Part shown: piece by piece, positions 28,529 to 37,398 of the stretch
Layout of the letters: each line of letters begins with the position of its first letter
Numbering within the stretch: the stretch's first letter is position 1
Assembly: GCA_042217585.1 (NCBI GenBank)
Contig: JBDGSJ010000026.1
Location: forward strand, 5,428 to 46,755
DNA from: Candidatus Nanohaloarchaea archaeon
Lineage (GTDB): Archaea > Nanohalarchaeota > Nanosalinia > Nanosalinales > Nanosalinaceae
Length of the DNA: 41,328 bases
Direction: 5' to 3'
The notes under the pieces: generated by a model
The model's database searches: none
Told to the model about the DNA's origin: nothing
What the model saw: the letters and a program-made list of their open reading frames with translations, nothing else
Program-made: the position numbers and the translations under genes

Positions 28529-29052
28529 TCCATGCAGTAGGAAAGCCCGTTCCTTACCGTCGCCAGCCCCTTACATACCGTGGAGTCCAGAGCCGTTTCC
28601 GTGAGGTTCTCGGTAGGCAGGACCTGCGTGGGTGCGGCCGAGTTCGAACCCACGACGACTATCGCGGGGTAGGCCGTCACGTTGGCCTCGGTCACCATAA
28701 CCGAGTACTCAGTGTAGTTCGCGAGGTTCATGTAGACCTGCGGGTCGAACCTGTCGGTCACCCCTTTCAGCTCCGCAAGACGGGATTTGCCTTCTTCGGT
28801 CGCGTAAAGGCCGTTCACGAACGCGACGTTGTTGACGACCGCCAGCTGGCTCTGGGCACTGTAGGTCAGGTTGTAGGGTTCGGTGCTGTATCTCTCGGAG
28901 GGCATCGTCACCTTCTTGCCCTGGCCTCCCGAGGGGCTCTGGGGGTTTCCCGTGTTCACAAGGCCTGAGAAAGATGCGATACCTCCGAAGGCGAATCCTC
29001 CTCCTATAAGAAGAGCGACGAAGACCGTCCCGTACTTTTCTATCAATCCCAT
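28525..29052 (-). CDS. Membrane-anchored exported protein, possible thioredoxin-like fold without CxxC
   Basis: N-terminal TM, Gly/Ser/Pro linker, NVTAYPAIVV motif, four N-x-T sequons, C-terminal Cys pair. Confidence 0.65.
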   Translation of the reverse strand: MGLIEKYGTVFVALLIGGGFAFGGIASFSGLVNTGNPQSPSGGQGKKVTMPSERYSTEPYNLTYSAQSQLAVVNNVAFVNGLYATEEGKSRLAELKGVTDRFDPQVYMNLANYTEYSVMVTEANVTAYPAIVVVGSNSAAPTQVLPTENLTETALDSTVCKGLATVRNGLSYCMD

Positions 29053-29105
29053 GGAACGGGTTTTGTCGGAAAGCGTTAAAGAGATTTGGTGGAAACTTGT
29101 TAATT

Positions 29106-29507
29106 ATGATAGTAGGATTCAACGTGGATTCGCTGGAGGCTTCCAAGGAAGGAAGCGCCCAGGGCAACGTTCAGATAAACTACAACCCGCAGATAGACAA
29201 TGTCGAGGCCACGGAGGTCAACGCCTTCGACGAGGAGGTCGCGAAGGTCGACTTCACCTTCATCGTCTCCTACGAGGCAGGAGGCACGGAGGGAGCACAG
29301 ATCAAGATGGCCGGAGACCTTCTCTGGAAGGGTAACCTCGAGGAGATGCTGGAAGCCTGGGAGGAGGAACAGGACCTGCCCGAGGAAGTAGCTCCCCCGC
29401 TGATGAACGAGCTCTACCGGAAGCTTATATCCGAGGCTGTAGGTGTCGCGGACACGCTCAACCTTCTTCCGCCGGTCCCTACGCCGCAGGTCGAGAGGCA
29501 GCAGTAG
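29106..29507 (+). CDS. Conserved archaeal protein, possible SecB-like fold
   Basis: MIVGFN start, alternating beta strands, then helix and NLLPPVPTP tail. Confidence 0.65.
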   Translation: MIVGFNVDSLEASKEGSAQGNVQINYNPQIDNVEATEVNAFDEEVAKVDFTFIVSYEAGGTEGAQIKMAGDLLWKGNLEEMLEAWEEEQDLPEEVAPPLMNELYRKLISEAVGVADTLNLLPPVPTPQVERQQ

Positions 29508-29508
29508 G

Positions 29509-29721
29509 TCACTGCCTCTTCAGACCCACCATCCTCTTCTTTTCATCAAGGAACTCCTCCGGATACGTGAACACTTCATCCTTCTTCTCCAGTATGTTGA
29601 GAACCCTGTGGACGTCCTGATCGGTCCAGGACATCCTTTCCGCCAGAAGCTCGACGTGAGGCCTGTCTCCCGACTCTATTATACTCGATACCTCGCGGAC
29701 CAGTTCCTCCTCTCGCTTCAC
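29509..29721 (-). CDS. Small winged-HTH-like protein
   Basis: HVELLAERMSWTDQDVHRVLNILEKKDEV pattern. Confidence 0.65.
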   Translation of the reverse strand: MKREEELVREVSSIIESGDRPHVELLAERMSWTDQDVHRVLNILEKKDEVFTYPEEFLDEKKRMVGLKRQ

Positions 29722-29759
29722 AGAATAACTTTAAACCCGTGAACGGGAAAAAACTTTGT

Positions 29760-29969
29760 ATGTCGGGACAGGGAGAGTACCAGGAACTGCTGGAGAAGCT
29801 TGAGGACCAGATCGAGGTCGCGGAGAAAGATTTCTCGAAGATAAAGGACGAGGACGCCGAGGGAAGCCTCAGGGAGAAACAGGAGAAGGCTGAGAAACTT
29901 ATCGGCGAGATCCACGACCAGATAGAGTTCCTCGAGGAACGGATGGAGGAGATCGAACAGAAAGATTAA
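29760..29969 (+). CDS. Small acidic helical/coiled-coil protein
   Basis: ATG 29760 downstream of TTTAAA; heptad-rich; directly precedes hsp20. Confidence 0.7.
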   Translation: MSGQGEYQELLEKLEDQIEVAEKDFSKIKDEDAEGSLREKQEKAEKLIGEIHDQIEFLEERMEEIEQKD

Positions 29970-30005
29970 AAATTTTTATCGACGTAATCAAAAACAGGTG
30001 ATAAG

Positions 30006-30428
30006 ATGAGAAGACTGCAGAGAAAGGATAGCTTCGAGGACCTGTTCGACCAGATGGAGGAGTTCTTCCAGCAGTTCCAGGAGATGGGAAGAGATATCAC
30101 GGGACTGGAGACCGGTCTGCCGGTCGACATCCAGGAAGAGGACGGCAAGTACATCCTCTCGGCGGACATGCCAGGAGTCAACAAGGAAGAGATAGATATC
30201 AAGGCAGACGAAGACTCCGTGGAGATAACCGCAGAAAGCGATGAAGAGATCAAGGAGGAGAACGAGAAGTACGTCCGCAGGGAAAGATCCTCCAGGACCT
30301 TCAGGAGAAAAGTGATGTGGCCGGGACCGGTCGAGACCGACTCGATAGAGGCTAACTACGACAACGGAGTCCTGAAGGTCTCCGCCGAGAAGCAGGAAGA
30401 CGCCGGCAGAGAGATCGAGGTAGAGTGA
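30006..30428 (+). CDS. hsp20: Small heat shock protein (Hsp20)
   Basis: PVDI.E, ADMPGV.KE.I, YVRRER, ANYDNGVLKV, C-terminal IEV. Confidence 0.95.
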   Translation: MRRLQRKDSFEDLFDQMEEFFQQFQEMGRDITGLETGLPVDIQEEDGKYILSADMPGVNKEEIDIKADEDSVEITAESDEEIKEENEKYVRRERSSRTFRRKVMWPGPVETDSIEANYDNGVLKVSAEKQEDAGREIEVE

Positions 30429-30446
30429 CCTCACCGCCGTTTTTTC

Positions 30447-31457
30447 TTAATTTCTGACGACAACACTGTCCTCCCTATGCTGGACATCCAGCTCGCGGTC
30501 GAAAACCCGTATGACCTCGAGGTTGGTCTGCATGTGCGGCGTCATCTCCGGGGCGGAGTACTCCCCTCCGACCACCGCAGCGAAGACCATCAGCTGGTCC
30601 GCAAGGAAGGGATCGACAGCAGCCCCTGAACCGTGGAAACTCCTGAAATCCTCGACGGCCTCTCGCGCCACCTCTTCGGACCTCTTCCCCTTCTCGCCCA
30701 GGGCGTCGAAGCCCGCGACAGAGTCCCGGTAAACCGCCCTGACCATCAGCGAGGACCCCGGCGAATCCGTCTCGACGTACTCGACCTCCTTATCCAGTTC
30801 TGTGGAGACGTGGTCGTTCTTCAGCATCCTCGCGGCCTCGTCAGCCTGCCGGTCCGCCACGTTTGAGTCCCTGAGGTCTGTTGACGCCTTCGAGTAGATC
30901 TCGAACCTCTCGAGCTGTCCCCTCTCCACGAGCTCTATCCTGTCCATCGAGAACTCCGACGTCTCGAGCGTGACCTCGCCTCCTCCAGCAGGGTAGAAGC
31001 CTGTTCTCTCCAGCTCCAGGGAACCGCTGAAGCCGTGCCTGCGCAGCACCCCCATCTTCACGCGTCGATGCCACTCCACGGTCGGGGACCACTTCACGTC
31101 GGTTCCTCCCTTCGCCGTGAGCCTGAAACCTCCGGAGAACTGGGTGGTGACGGGCAGGACCGTGTCCAGCAGAAGGGTGGTGCTCCCTGCCGTACCGATG
31201 TTCGCGGTGAAACCTGTGCTGTCGAGCCCGGAGGGCCGGAACTCGATCTCCCCGGAGCCTTTGCTGTCACCACGGACCTCCGCATCGGCTATCCTCGCCG
31301 CGGCCCTGACGCATTCGAGATGCTGCCTCTTCAGACCCGGTTCGGGGCGTGAACCCCTGATTTTCTCCATCCTGAAAGGTTGTCCGGTGACCGCAGAAAG
31401 GGAGAGCGCGGTCCTGAGCATCTGCCCGCCGCCGCTGGAGCCGTCGATCTCTATCAT
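30447..31457 (-). CDS. rtcA: RNA 3'-terminal phosphate cyclase
   Basis: IDGSSGGGQMLRTALSLS, PGLKRQH, GGTDV, GFYPAGGG, LADQL, HMQTN; ATG 31457 follows AGGAGG. Confidence 0.94.
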   Translation of the reverse strand: MIEIDGSSGGGQMLRTALSLSAVTGQPFRMEKIRGSRPEPGLKRQHLECVRAAARIADAEVRGDSKGSGEIEFRPSGLDSTGFTANIGTAGSTTLLLDTVLPVTTQFSGGFRLTAKGGTDVKWSPTVEWHRRVKMGVLRRHGFSGSLELERTGFYPAGGGEVTLETSEFSMDRIELVERGQLERFEIYSKASTDLRDSNVADRQADEAARMLKNDHVSTELDKEVEYVETDSPGSSLMVRAVYRDSVAGFDALGEKGKRSEEVAREAVEDFRSFHGSGAAVDPFLADQLMVFAAVVGGEYSAPEMTPHMQTNLEVIRVFDRELDVQHREDSVVVRN

Positions 31458-31509
31458 AACCTCCTGTTCACATGGAAAACTGATAACTCTTCCCTCCGGA
31501 TACAACCCC

Positions 31510-32019
31510 ATGAGATCATTCAGGCAGGACCCCGGCGAGATGGAGAAGCTACTCGAGTTCCTGGGAGAGGACCTTGAAAACGTGAGGCGTGTCGTCAGTC
31601 GCTGCGAGGAGGAGGGACTGGACGTCGAGTTCGAGGTCCATCCCGTCGCAGAGACGGCCCAGCAATCCGTCGAGTACTCGGACGTCGAGCTCTCCCAGAT
31701 CGTCAAGACCCTCGTCTTCATCGGGGAGGAACCGGTAGCGGTCCTCTGCCCCGGCGACAGGGAGGTCAGCGAGTCTCTCCTGGAGGAGGAGCTGGGGACC
31801 GGCGTCAGGCTGGCGAACCCGGACGAGGTCGAGGACGCCACAGGCTACGTGGTGGGAGGCGTCTCACCGTTCGACCTGGACATCCCGGTCCTGATTGAGG
31901 AATCGATCATGGAGCACGAAGAGGTCCGTCCCGCCGCGGGCTCCAGGGTGATAGGCGCGGCGATCTCGCCCGGAGAGCTGAAGGAGACCACGGGCGGGAA
32001 GACGATGGAACTCAGCTGA
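31510..32019 (+). CDS. YbaK/ProX-family aminoacyl-tRNA deacylase
   Basis: SQIVKTLVF, TGYVVGGVSPF; start either 31510 or 31540. Confidence 0.88.
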   Translation: MRSFRQDPGEMEKLLEFLGEDLENVRRVVSRCEEEGLDVEFEVHPVAETAQQSVEYSDVELSQIVKTLVFIGEEPVAVLCPGDREVSESLLEEELGTGVRLANPDEVEDATGYVVGGVSPFDLDIPVLIEESIMEHEEVRPAAGSRVIGAAISPGELKETTGGKTMELS

Positions 32020-32052
32020 CAGGTTTTAAGGTTCGGGTCGACGGTCCTCACC

Positions 32053-32412
32053 ATGGCGGCTGAATACGGCGATCCCGTGGAGAAGTTCGGTTCACTTGTC
32101 GCGCGTTACAGGACCGCGGTGGACGCGGACTTCCCCGAGGAGGACCTGAGAGAGGTGCGCAGAGAGGCGATGGCGTACGCCGATGCGCTCCGGGAGAACG
32201 AGGAGTTCTGGGGCGAAGACAGGCCGGCCTACGCGGAGTTCCACGACCGCGTCAGCGAACACTCGTTCGAAGAGGAGGCGCTGAAGGACCTGCTGGAGGA
32301 GGTCGAGGAGATCGACCGGAAGGCAAGAGACCACTACGATCTGGAAAACGAGCTGGAGATGGGAGGCCCTGACATGGATCCCGGCGGCGGAGGTCCTCGC
32401 CCGGCGCTGTGA
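32053..32412 (+). CDS. Hypothetical acidic protein
   Basis: TTTTAAG 22 nt before the ATG; host-like codon usage. Confidence 0.7.
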   Translation: MAAEYGDPVEKFGSLVARYRTAVDADFPEEDLREVRREAMAYADALRENEEFWGEDRPAYAEFHDRVSEHSFEEEALKDLLEEVEEIDRKARDHYDLENELEMGGPDMDPGGGGPRPAL

Positions 32413-32452
32413 GGCCTGAAACGTTTTAACTCTTCACCGGGAATTCTTCTGC

Positions 32453-33472
32453 ATGGAAAAGGAGAAGCGCAAAGAACTGGTCCTCCGTAACACCGAGGAG
32501 GTCGTCACCGAGGAAGAACTCGAAGAAGTACTTGAGAAAGACGAGCCGAGGTGCTACGTGGGCTATGAGACTTCAGGACCGGTTCACCTGGGACACTGGA
32601 TCTCCGTGCGGAAGATGCTGGACCTGCAGAAGGCCGGATTCCAGCCGGTAATCCTGTGGGCGGACCTCCACACCTACCTGAACAAGAAGGGAGAGGAGGA
32701 CTGGATACAGGACATGATGGACTACTGGCAGGCGACGTTCGACGCGCTGGGCCTTGACGCCGAGTACGTCCGCGGCCGGTCCTTCCAGGAGGACACCGAG
32801 TACTTCCACGACATACTTGAGATGTCCCAGGAGACTACCCTGAACAGGGGGAAGAGGGCGATGGCCGAGATCGCCTCCGGAGAGGACACCTACACCTCTC
32901 ACGTCATCTACCCGCTGATGCAGGCGCTCGACATAGTGCACCTGGACCTTGATCTCGCGGTCGCAGGGATCGACCAGCGAAAGGTCCACATGCTTGCCCG
33001 TGAAAAGCTGCCGAAGCTGGGATACGACAAGCCGACCTGCCTCCACTGGCCGATCCTCGAATCCCTGGCCGGAGAGGGCGACAAGATGAGCTCATCGAAG
33101 AAAGAGACGATGTTCCCTCTCCACGCCGACGAGGAAAGAATCCGGGAGACCATCGAGGACGGCTACTGCCCGCAGGGAGAGGTCGAGGGCAACCCTATAA
33201 TCCAGATCGCGGAGTTCTTCATCTTCGGCGCGGACCGGGAACTGGATATAGAGCGGCCGGAGAAGTACGGCGGCGACGTCCACTACTCGGAGATAGGACC
33301 GCTGAAGGAGGACTTCGAATCGGGAGACCTCCACCCGCAGGACCTGAAGGAAGCCGTGGCGGAAGAGGTCGTGGAACGGTTCGAGCCGGTCCGTGAGAAG
33401 TTCCGGGAGGAACCGGAGCTGCTGGACCCTCTCGAGGAGATCGGCCACGAGAAGCCTTCGTATATAGAATAG
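32453..33472 (+). CDS. tyrS: Tyrosine-tRNA ligase (archaeal type)
   Basis: YVGYETSGPVHLGH, YPLMQALD, GIDQRKVH, KMSSS, LHPQDLK. Confidence 0.97.
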   Translation: MEKEKRKELVLRNTEEVVTEEELEEVLEKDEPRCYVGYETSGPVHLGHWISVRKMLDLQKAGFQPVILWADLHTYLNKKGEEDWIQDMMDYWQATFDALGLDAEYVRGRSFQEDTEYFHDILEMSQETTLNRGKRAMAEIASGEDTYTSHVIYPLMQALDIVHLDLDLAVAGIDQRKVHMLAREKLPKLGYDKPTCLHWPILESLAGEGDKMSSSKKETMFPLHADEERIRETIEDGYCPQGEVEGNPIIQIAEFFIFGADRELDIERPEKYGGDVHYSEIGPLKEDFESGDLHPQDLKEAVAEEVVERFEPVREKFREEPELLDPLEEIGHEKPSYIE

Positions 33473-33486
33473 AAGTCTGAAGAGGG

Positions 33487-33690
33487 TCAGTCTTCCTCTT
33501 CAGGGTCGTCTTCCTCGACCCATATCCTTACCTTTCCGGGAGGGGCGTCGAACGGCCTCTTCCCGAACCTTATGTTCTCGGAGAGGTCCATCGCCTCCTC
33601 TATCTTTTCGAACTCTTTCTCCGTGACGACCTCTTCCTTGAGTTCCATAGGTTTCTTCTCGTCGAACTCGTAACCGGCAACTTCTTTCAT
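33487..33690 (-). CDS. Small acidic hypothetical protein
   Basis: ATG 33690 (MKEVAGYEF...), acidic composition. Confidence 0.6.
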   Translation of the reverse strand: MKEVAGYEFDEKKPMELKEEVVTEKEFEKIEEAMDLSENIRFGKRPFDAPPGKVRIWVEEDDPEEED

Positions 33691-33744
33691 ATCAAGGAAA
33701 TGGAAGCGGAGACTTATCACCGTGTTGTTCCTGAGGCTCAGGTC

Positions 33745-34395
33745 CTACCAGTTGACTCCCTTCACCTCTCCCCAGAACACGGAGAGAACGAACAGCAGTC
33801 CGAAGAGAAGGTTGTTCACGATGGCGGGGAGAGGTCCTATGGCTCCGGCCTGGTAGGCATTGTTGAGAATCGCCGAGATCAGCAGGGCGTCGAGGCCTGC
33901 GAGAGTGAATATCGCCATCTTCTGGCCGTCAGCACCTCCAAGCTCCCTCGCGGTCTTTAAACCTATCACCCCTATGGCGATTCCGGCCGGTACAAGCGTC
34001 AGAGGCCAGATCTTGCCGGCGAGAGGCGGCAAAAGCCGGGAGAATATACCTGCGCCGATCGCTATCGAGGCCGCTCCCATCCCCCAGAAAACCCGGTCAT
34101 ATCTCTCATAGGAGGAGTAGATGAAGGCCGTGACGAACTTCCACATCACGGCGGTGGCACCGAAGATGAAAACGTGTCCCATCATGATCACTGCGGGATT
34201 CGCAGGACCTGTGAAGTGGGCCATGCCGGAGTACACCAAGAGCATGAACAGTCCGAGAAGCCCCATGACGTAGGAGGTGAGCTTCGTTATCCTTCTGAGA
34301 CCTCTGCCCTGCCTGAAACGCCAGTAGAGGAACACCGAAGTGGCCAGGAACATCACACCCTCGAAGAGATTTGAGGTCGCGTACAGGTCCGCCAT
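33745..34395 (-). CDS. 7-TM membrane protein, paralog A
   Basis: 216 aa, seven hydrophobic segments, no soluble output domain. Confidence 0.8.
   Translation of the reverse strand: MADLYATSNLFEGVMFLATSVFLYWRFRQGRGLRRITKLTSYVMGLLGLFMLLVYSGMAHFTGPANPAVIMMGHVFIFGATAVMWKFVTAFIYSSYERYDRVFWGMGAASIAIGAGIFSRLLPPLAGKIWPLTLVPAGIAIGVIGLKTARELGGADGQKMAIFTLAGLDALLISAILNNAYQAGAIGPLPAIVNNLLFGLLFVLSVFWGEVKGVNW
33809..34047. repeat. 239-bp exact direct repeat, copy 1
   Basis: Identical by eye to 34516-34754 (offset 707). Confidence 0.92.
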
Positions 34396-34451
34396 ACATC
34401 AATTCTGGAGAACTCTGAATAAAAAAGGACAGGGTGGGTTCAGGGGAGCCT

Positions 34452-35102
34452 TCACCAGTTGACGTCTTTGATCTCTCCCCAATAGACGGCGAGGACGAAC
34501 AGACTGCCGAAGACCAGGTTGTTCACGATGGCGGGGAGAGGTCCTATGGCTCCGGCCTGGTAGGCATTGTTGAGAATCGCCGAGATCAGCAGGGCGTCGA
34601 GGCCTGCGAGAGTGAATATCGCCATCTTCTGGCCGTCAGCACCTCCAAGCTCCCTCGCGGTCTTTAAACCTATCACCCCTATGGCGATTCCGGCCGGTAC
34701 AAGCGTCAGAGGCCAGATCTTGCCGGCGAGAGGCGGCAAAAGCCGGGAGAATATCCCCACTCCTATCAGGATCGATACCCCGCCCAGGGCCCAGAACACC
34801 CTGTGATACTTCTCGTAGGAGGAGTAGAGGAACACGGTTATGAATTTCCACATGTAGGCGGTAGCCCCGAAGACGAAGATATGGATTACGGACACACCGC
34901 CAAGTATATCGGGAGGAGTGAAAAGCACGTACGAGGCGTAGATCCCTGACATGAACATCCCCAGGAGCGCCATCACGTAAGTCGTTAGTTTTGTAACTCT
35001 CTGAAGACCTGTACCGCTTCTCATCCTCCAGTAAAGAAAGACAGATGTAAGGAGGAAAGCCAGGCCCTCGATACCGTGCGAGGCAACGTATAGGCTTGTC
35101 AT
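34452..35102 (-). CDS. 7-TM membrane protein, paralog B
   Basis: 216 aa, colinear with paralog A. Confidence 0.8.
   Translation of the reverse strand: MTSLYVASHGIEGLAFLLTSVFLYWRMRSGTGLQRVTKLTTYVMALLGMFMSGIYASYVLFTPPDILGGVSVIHIFVFGATAYMWKFITVFLYSSYEKYHRVFWALGGVSILIGVGIFSRLLPPLAGKIWPLTLVPAGIAIGVIGLKTARELGGADGQKMAIFTLAGLDALLISAILNNAYQAGAIGPLPAIVNNLVFGSLFVLAVYWGEIKDVNW
34516..34754. repeat. 239-bp exact direct repeat, copy 2
   Basis: Identical by eye to 33809-34047. Confidence 0.92.
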
Positions 35103-35188
35103 GGGAAAGGTCTTGAGAAACTCGAATAAAAATAATACTGGTAGGATCTTCCAACAAACGTATTTAAGCCTCCGGATAGAAGTTTATT

Positions 35189-35256
35189 GTGTGGTCACCA
35201 ATGAAGGGTGGACGCTTTTCTCACGACCCCGCACCTGGCCTTTGACCTAGGTGCAA
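35189..35256 (+). ncRNA. Candidate small structured RNA upstream of serS
   Basis: Own TATA (TATTTAAG 35161-35168), hairpins GTCACC/GGTGGAC and GCACCTGG/CTAGGTGC; serS has a separate TATA at 35261-35268. Confidence 0.35.
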
Positions 35257-35298
35257 CGCTCTTTAAAACCCGTGATAAACTGTTTCTTGGTGAGCTGA

Positions 35299-36573
35299 AT
35301 GCTTGACATCGAACTTTTCAGGGAGGACCCGGAGACTATCAAACAGAGCGAGGAACGCCGCGAGAAGGACCCGGAACGCGTCGACGAAGTGGTCGAACTG
35401 GACCGTAAGTGGCGCGACACGCTCCAGGAACTCCAGGAACTCCGGCAGGAAAGGAACGAGGTAGGAGACGAGATAGCCGAGGCCAAGAAGAACGGCGAAG
35501 ACGCCGGAGAGAAGATAGAGAGGATGCAGGAGGTCAAGGAACGCATCGAAGAGCTAGAGGAAAGAGAGGAAGAGCTGAAAGAGGAGAGAGACGACCTCCG
35601 GTACCAGATCGGGAACATCCTCCACGAGACGGTCCCTCAGGGCGAAGACGAGGACGACAACGAGGAGATAAAGAACTGGGAGCCCGAAGAGGGACGTGAC
35701 GAGGACGCAGAGCTCGCGGCAGACGTGATCGAGAGGAACGACCTCGCCGACACGGAGAAAGCCGTTCAGCTCGCCGGCGAAAGGGCCTATTACCTGAAAG
35801 AGGACCTCTTCCGGCTGAACCAGGCGCTGATAAACTTCTCGATGGACCTCCTGAGGGAGAAGGGATTCACCCCGATGCAGACTCCCTACATGCTGAACAG
35901 GGAACCTATGGAGGCAGCCGCAGAACTGGAGGACTTCCACGAACAGCTCTACAAGATGGACCGGGAGGACAAGTACCTGATCGCGACCTCGGAGCAGACC
36001 CTGGCGACCTACCACTTCGACGAGATCCTCCAGCCGGATGAACTCCCGAAGAAGTACGCAGGTTTCTCGACCAACTTCCGGCGTGAGGCCGGGAAGCACG
36101 GCGAGGAGACCCGCGGGATCTGGAGGATCCACCAGTTCGAGAAGGTGGAGCAGTACATATTCTGCGAGCCGGACGAGTCGTGGGACCGGCACGAGGACCT
36201 TCTCCAGAACGCGGAGGAGGTCATGCAGGAGCTCGGCCTTCCCTACCGGGTCGTAAACGTCTGCACCGGGGACATGAACGATAACGCCGCCAAGAAGTAC
36301 GACATCGAGGTCTGGAGACCGCCGCTCGGAGAGTACGGAGAAGTTGTCTCGTGCTCGAACTGCACGGATTACCAGGCCCGGAAGGTCGGAGTCAGGATAA
36401 GGCGGCCGGAGGACAACGAGACCGCCCACACGCTGAACGCGACCGCCTGCGCCACCCAGAGGGTCATGACGGCGATCATAGAGAACAACCAGGCCGATCA
36501 GGGGATCAGGATACCGGAGCCTCTCCAGGACTACATGGGCGGACAGGAGTACATAGAGCTCCAGGAGGGATAG
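35299..36573 (+). CDS. serS: Serine-tRNA ligase (bacterial type)
   Basis: N-terminal coiled coil, LIATSEQ, FRREAG, HQFEKVEQ, VSCSNCTDYQAR, HTLNAT. Confidence 0.97.
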   Translation: MLDIELFREDPETIKQSEERREKDPERVDEVVELDRKWRDTLQELQELRQERNEVGDEIAEAKKNGEDAGEKIERMQEVKERIEELEEREEELKEERDDLRYQIGNILHETVPQGEDEDDNEEIKNWEPEEGRDEDAELAADVIERNDLADTEKAVQLAGERAYYLKEDLFRLNQALINFSMDLLREKGFTPMQTPYMLNREPMEAAAELEDFHEQLYKMDREDKYLIATSEQTLATYHFDEILQPDELPKKYAGFSTNFRREAGKHGEETRGIWRIHQFEKVEQYIFCEPDESWDRHEDLLQNAEEVMQELGLPYRVVNVCTGDMNDNAAKKYDIEVWRPPLGEYGEVVSCSNCTDYQARKVGVRIRRPEDNETAHTLNATACATQRVMTAIIENNQADQGIRIPEPLQDYMGGQEYIELQEG

Positions 36574-36654
36574 AGCCCCCTCCCTTTTTTCTCTTCGAGT
36601 GGTGTACCGGGTAGTACAGACCCGTCCATATACCTCGACCCACATTTCTTTACC

Positions 36655-37083
36655 ATGCGGGACCGCAGTTTCGACAGAAGCGGCAGTTACAGAGAGTTCA
36701 CGGAAAACCCGGAGAAAGGCAGCGAACTCGTGGACTCCGGATGGGGCTACGATGAGGTTAGAGCGGCCGAGGAAGAGATCGAGAGGTTCGGAGAGGTGAG
36801 GGAAGACGAGAGCCATTTCTTCCAGGACCTCGGGCAGGATGAACTCGCCTTTGTGATAGAGGAGCTGAGCTCGGGCCCCAAAACCGTTGGAGAGATAGCG
36901 GAGAGGCTTTACGACGACAGGTACGGGGACGAGGACCCTGGCTGGAAAGAGAGCCGCAGGAGGAAAAGAGAGCTGGAGGACAGAGTGGGACAGGCGTTCA
37001 GGTATCTACGGATGAGAGGTCTGAACTTCGATACCGACCTGACGGTGGACTGGGGCCTGAGGATCGAGCCGAGGACGGACTGA
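36655..37083 (+). CDS. Hypothetical protein, possible winged-HTH C-terminal domain
   Basis: LSSGPKTVGEIAERLY...VGQAFRYLRMRGL pattern. Confidence 0.6.
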   Translation: MRDRSFDRSGSYREFTENPEKGSELVDSGWGYDEVRAAEEEIERFGEVREDESHFFQDLGQDELAFVIEELSSGPKTVGEIAERLYDDRYGDEDPGWKESRRRKRELEDRVGQAFRYLRMRGLNFDTDLTVDWGLRIEPRTD

Positions 37084-37124
37084 AAACGGGAAAAAGGAAG
37101 AGGTAAAGAGAACTTTTGAGAGGA

Positions 37125-37325
37125 CTATAGCCGGTCCAGAGGATCTTCCTCGAGTAGGTCCTCGACACCGGTGGGCTCTTCGCCGTATGCCTCCTGGGTG
37201 TAGCCCGTAGTATCGTTCACCAGGTCCACGGCGTCGAGCTCTTCCGGCTCTTCTCCTCTCGCAAGGTACTCGTCCTCAAGCAGGTTGCCGTACTCCTCGT
37301 GTGCGGAGAGTTCGTCTTCAGCGAT
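37125..37325 (-). CDS. 66-aa acidic protein with ATC start (absent from the ORF track)
   Basis: GAGGTGA + 6 nt + ATC; (M)AEDELSAHEEYGNLLEDEYLARGEEPEELDAVDLVNDTTGYTQEAYGEEPTGVEDLLEEDPLDRL*; GAG/GAC-rich host-like codons. Confidence 0.72.
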   Translation of the reverse strand: MAEDELSAHEEYGNLLEDEYLARGEEPEELDAVDLVNDTTGYTQEAYGEEPTGVEDLLEEDPLDRL

Positions 37326-37361
37326 CCTGAATCACCTCGTGTTATATTTCGGGTTTTTGAA

Positions 37362-37398
37362 GGTTTTTCATCGGAACGGTATGGTATAGCGGTGTTGT
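37362..37398 (-). promoter_or_regulatory. Shared leader motif, copy 1
   Basis: Sense: ACAACAC-cgctat-ACCATACCG-tt-CCGATGAAAAACC. Confidence 0.6.

Noticed and set aside
33809..34754. Diversity-generating retroelement TR/VR pair
   Set aside because: The copies are identical with no adenine-specific mismatches, both lie in paralogous genes, and no reverse transcriptase is in the window.
33745..35102. Microbial rhodopsins
   Set aside because: Helix 7 lacks the retinal-binding Lys (DxxxK) and helix 3 lacks an RYxDW-like motif.
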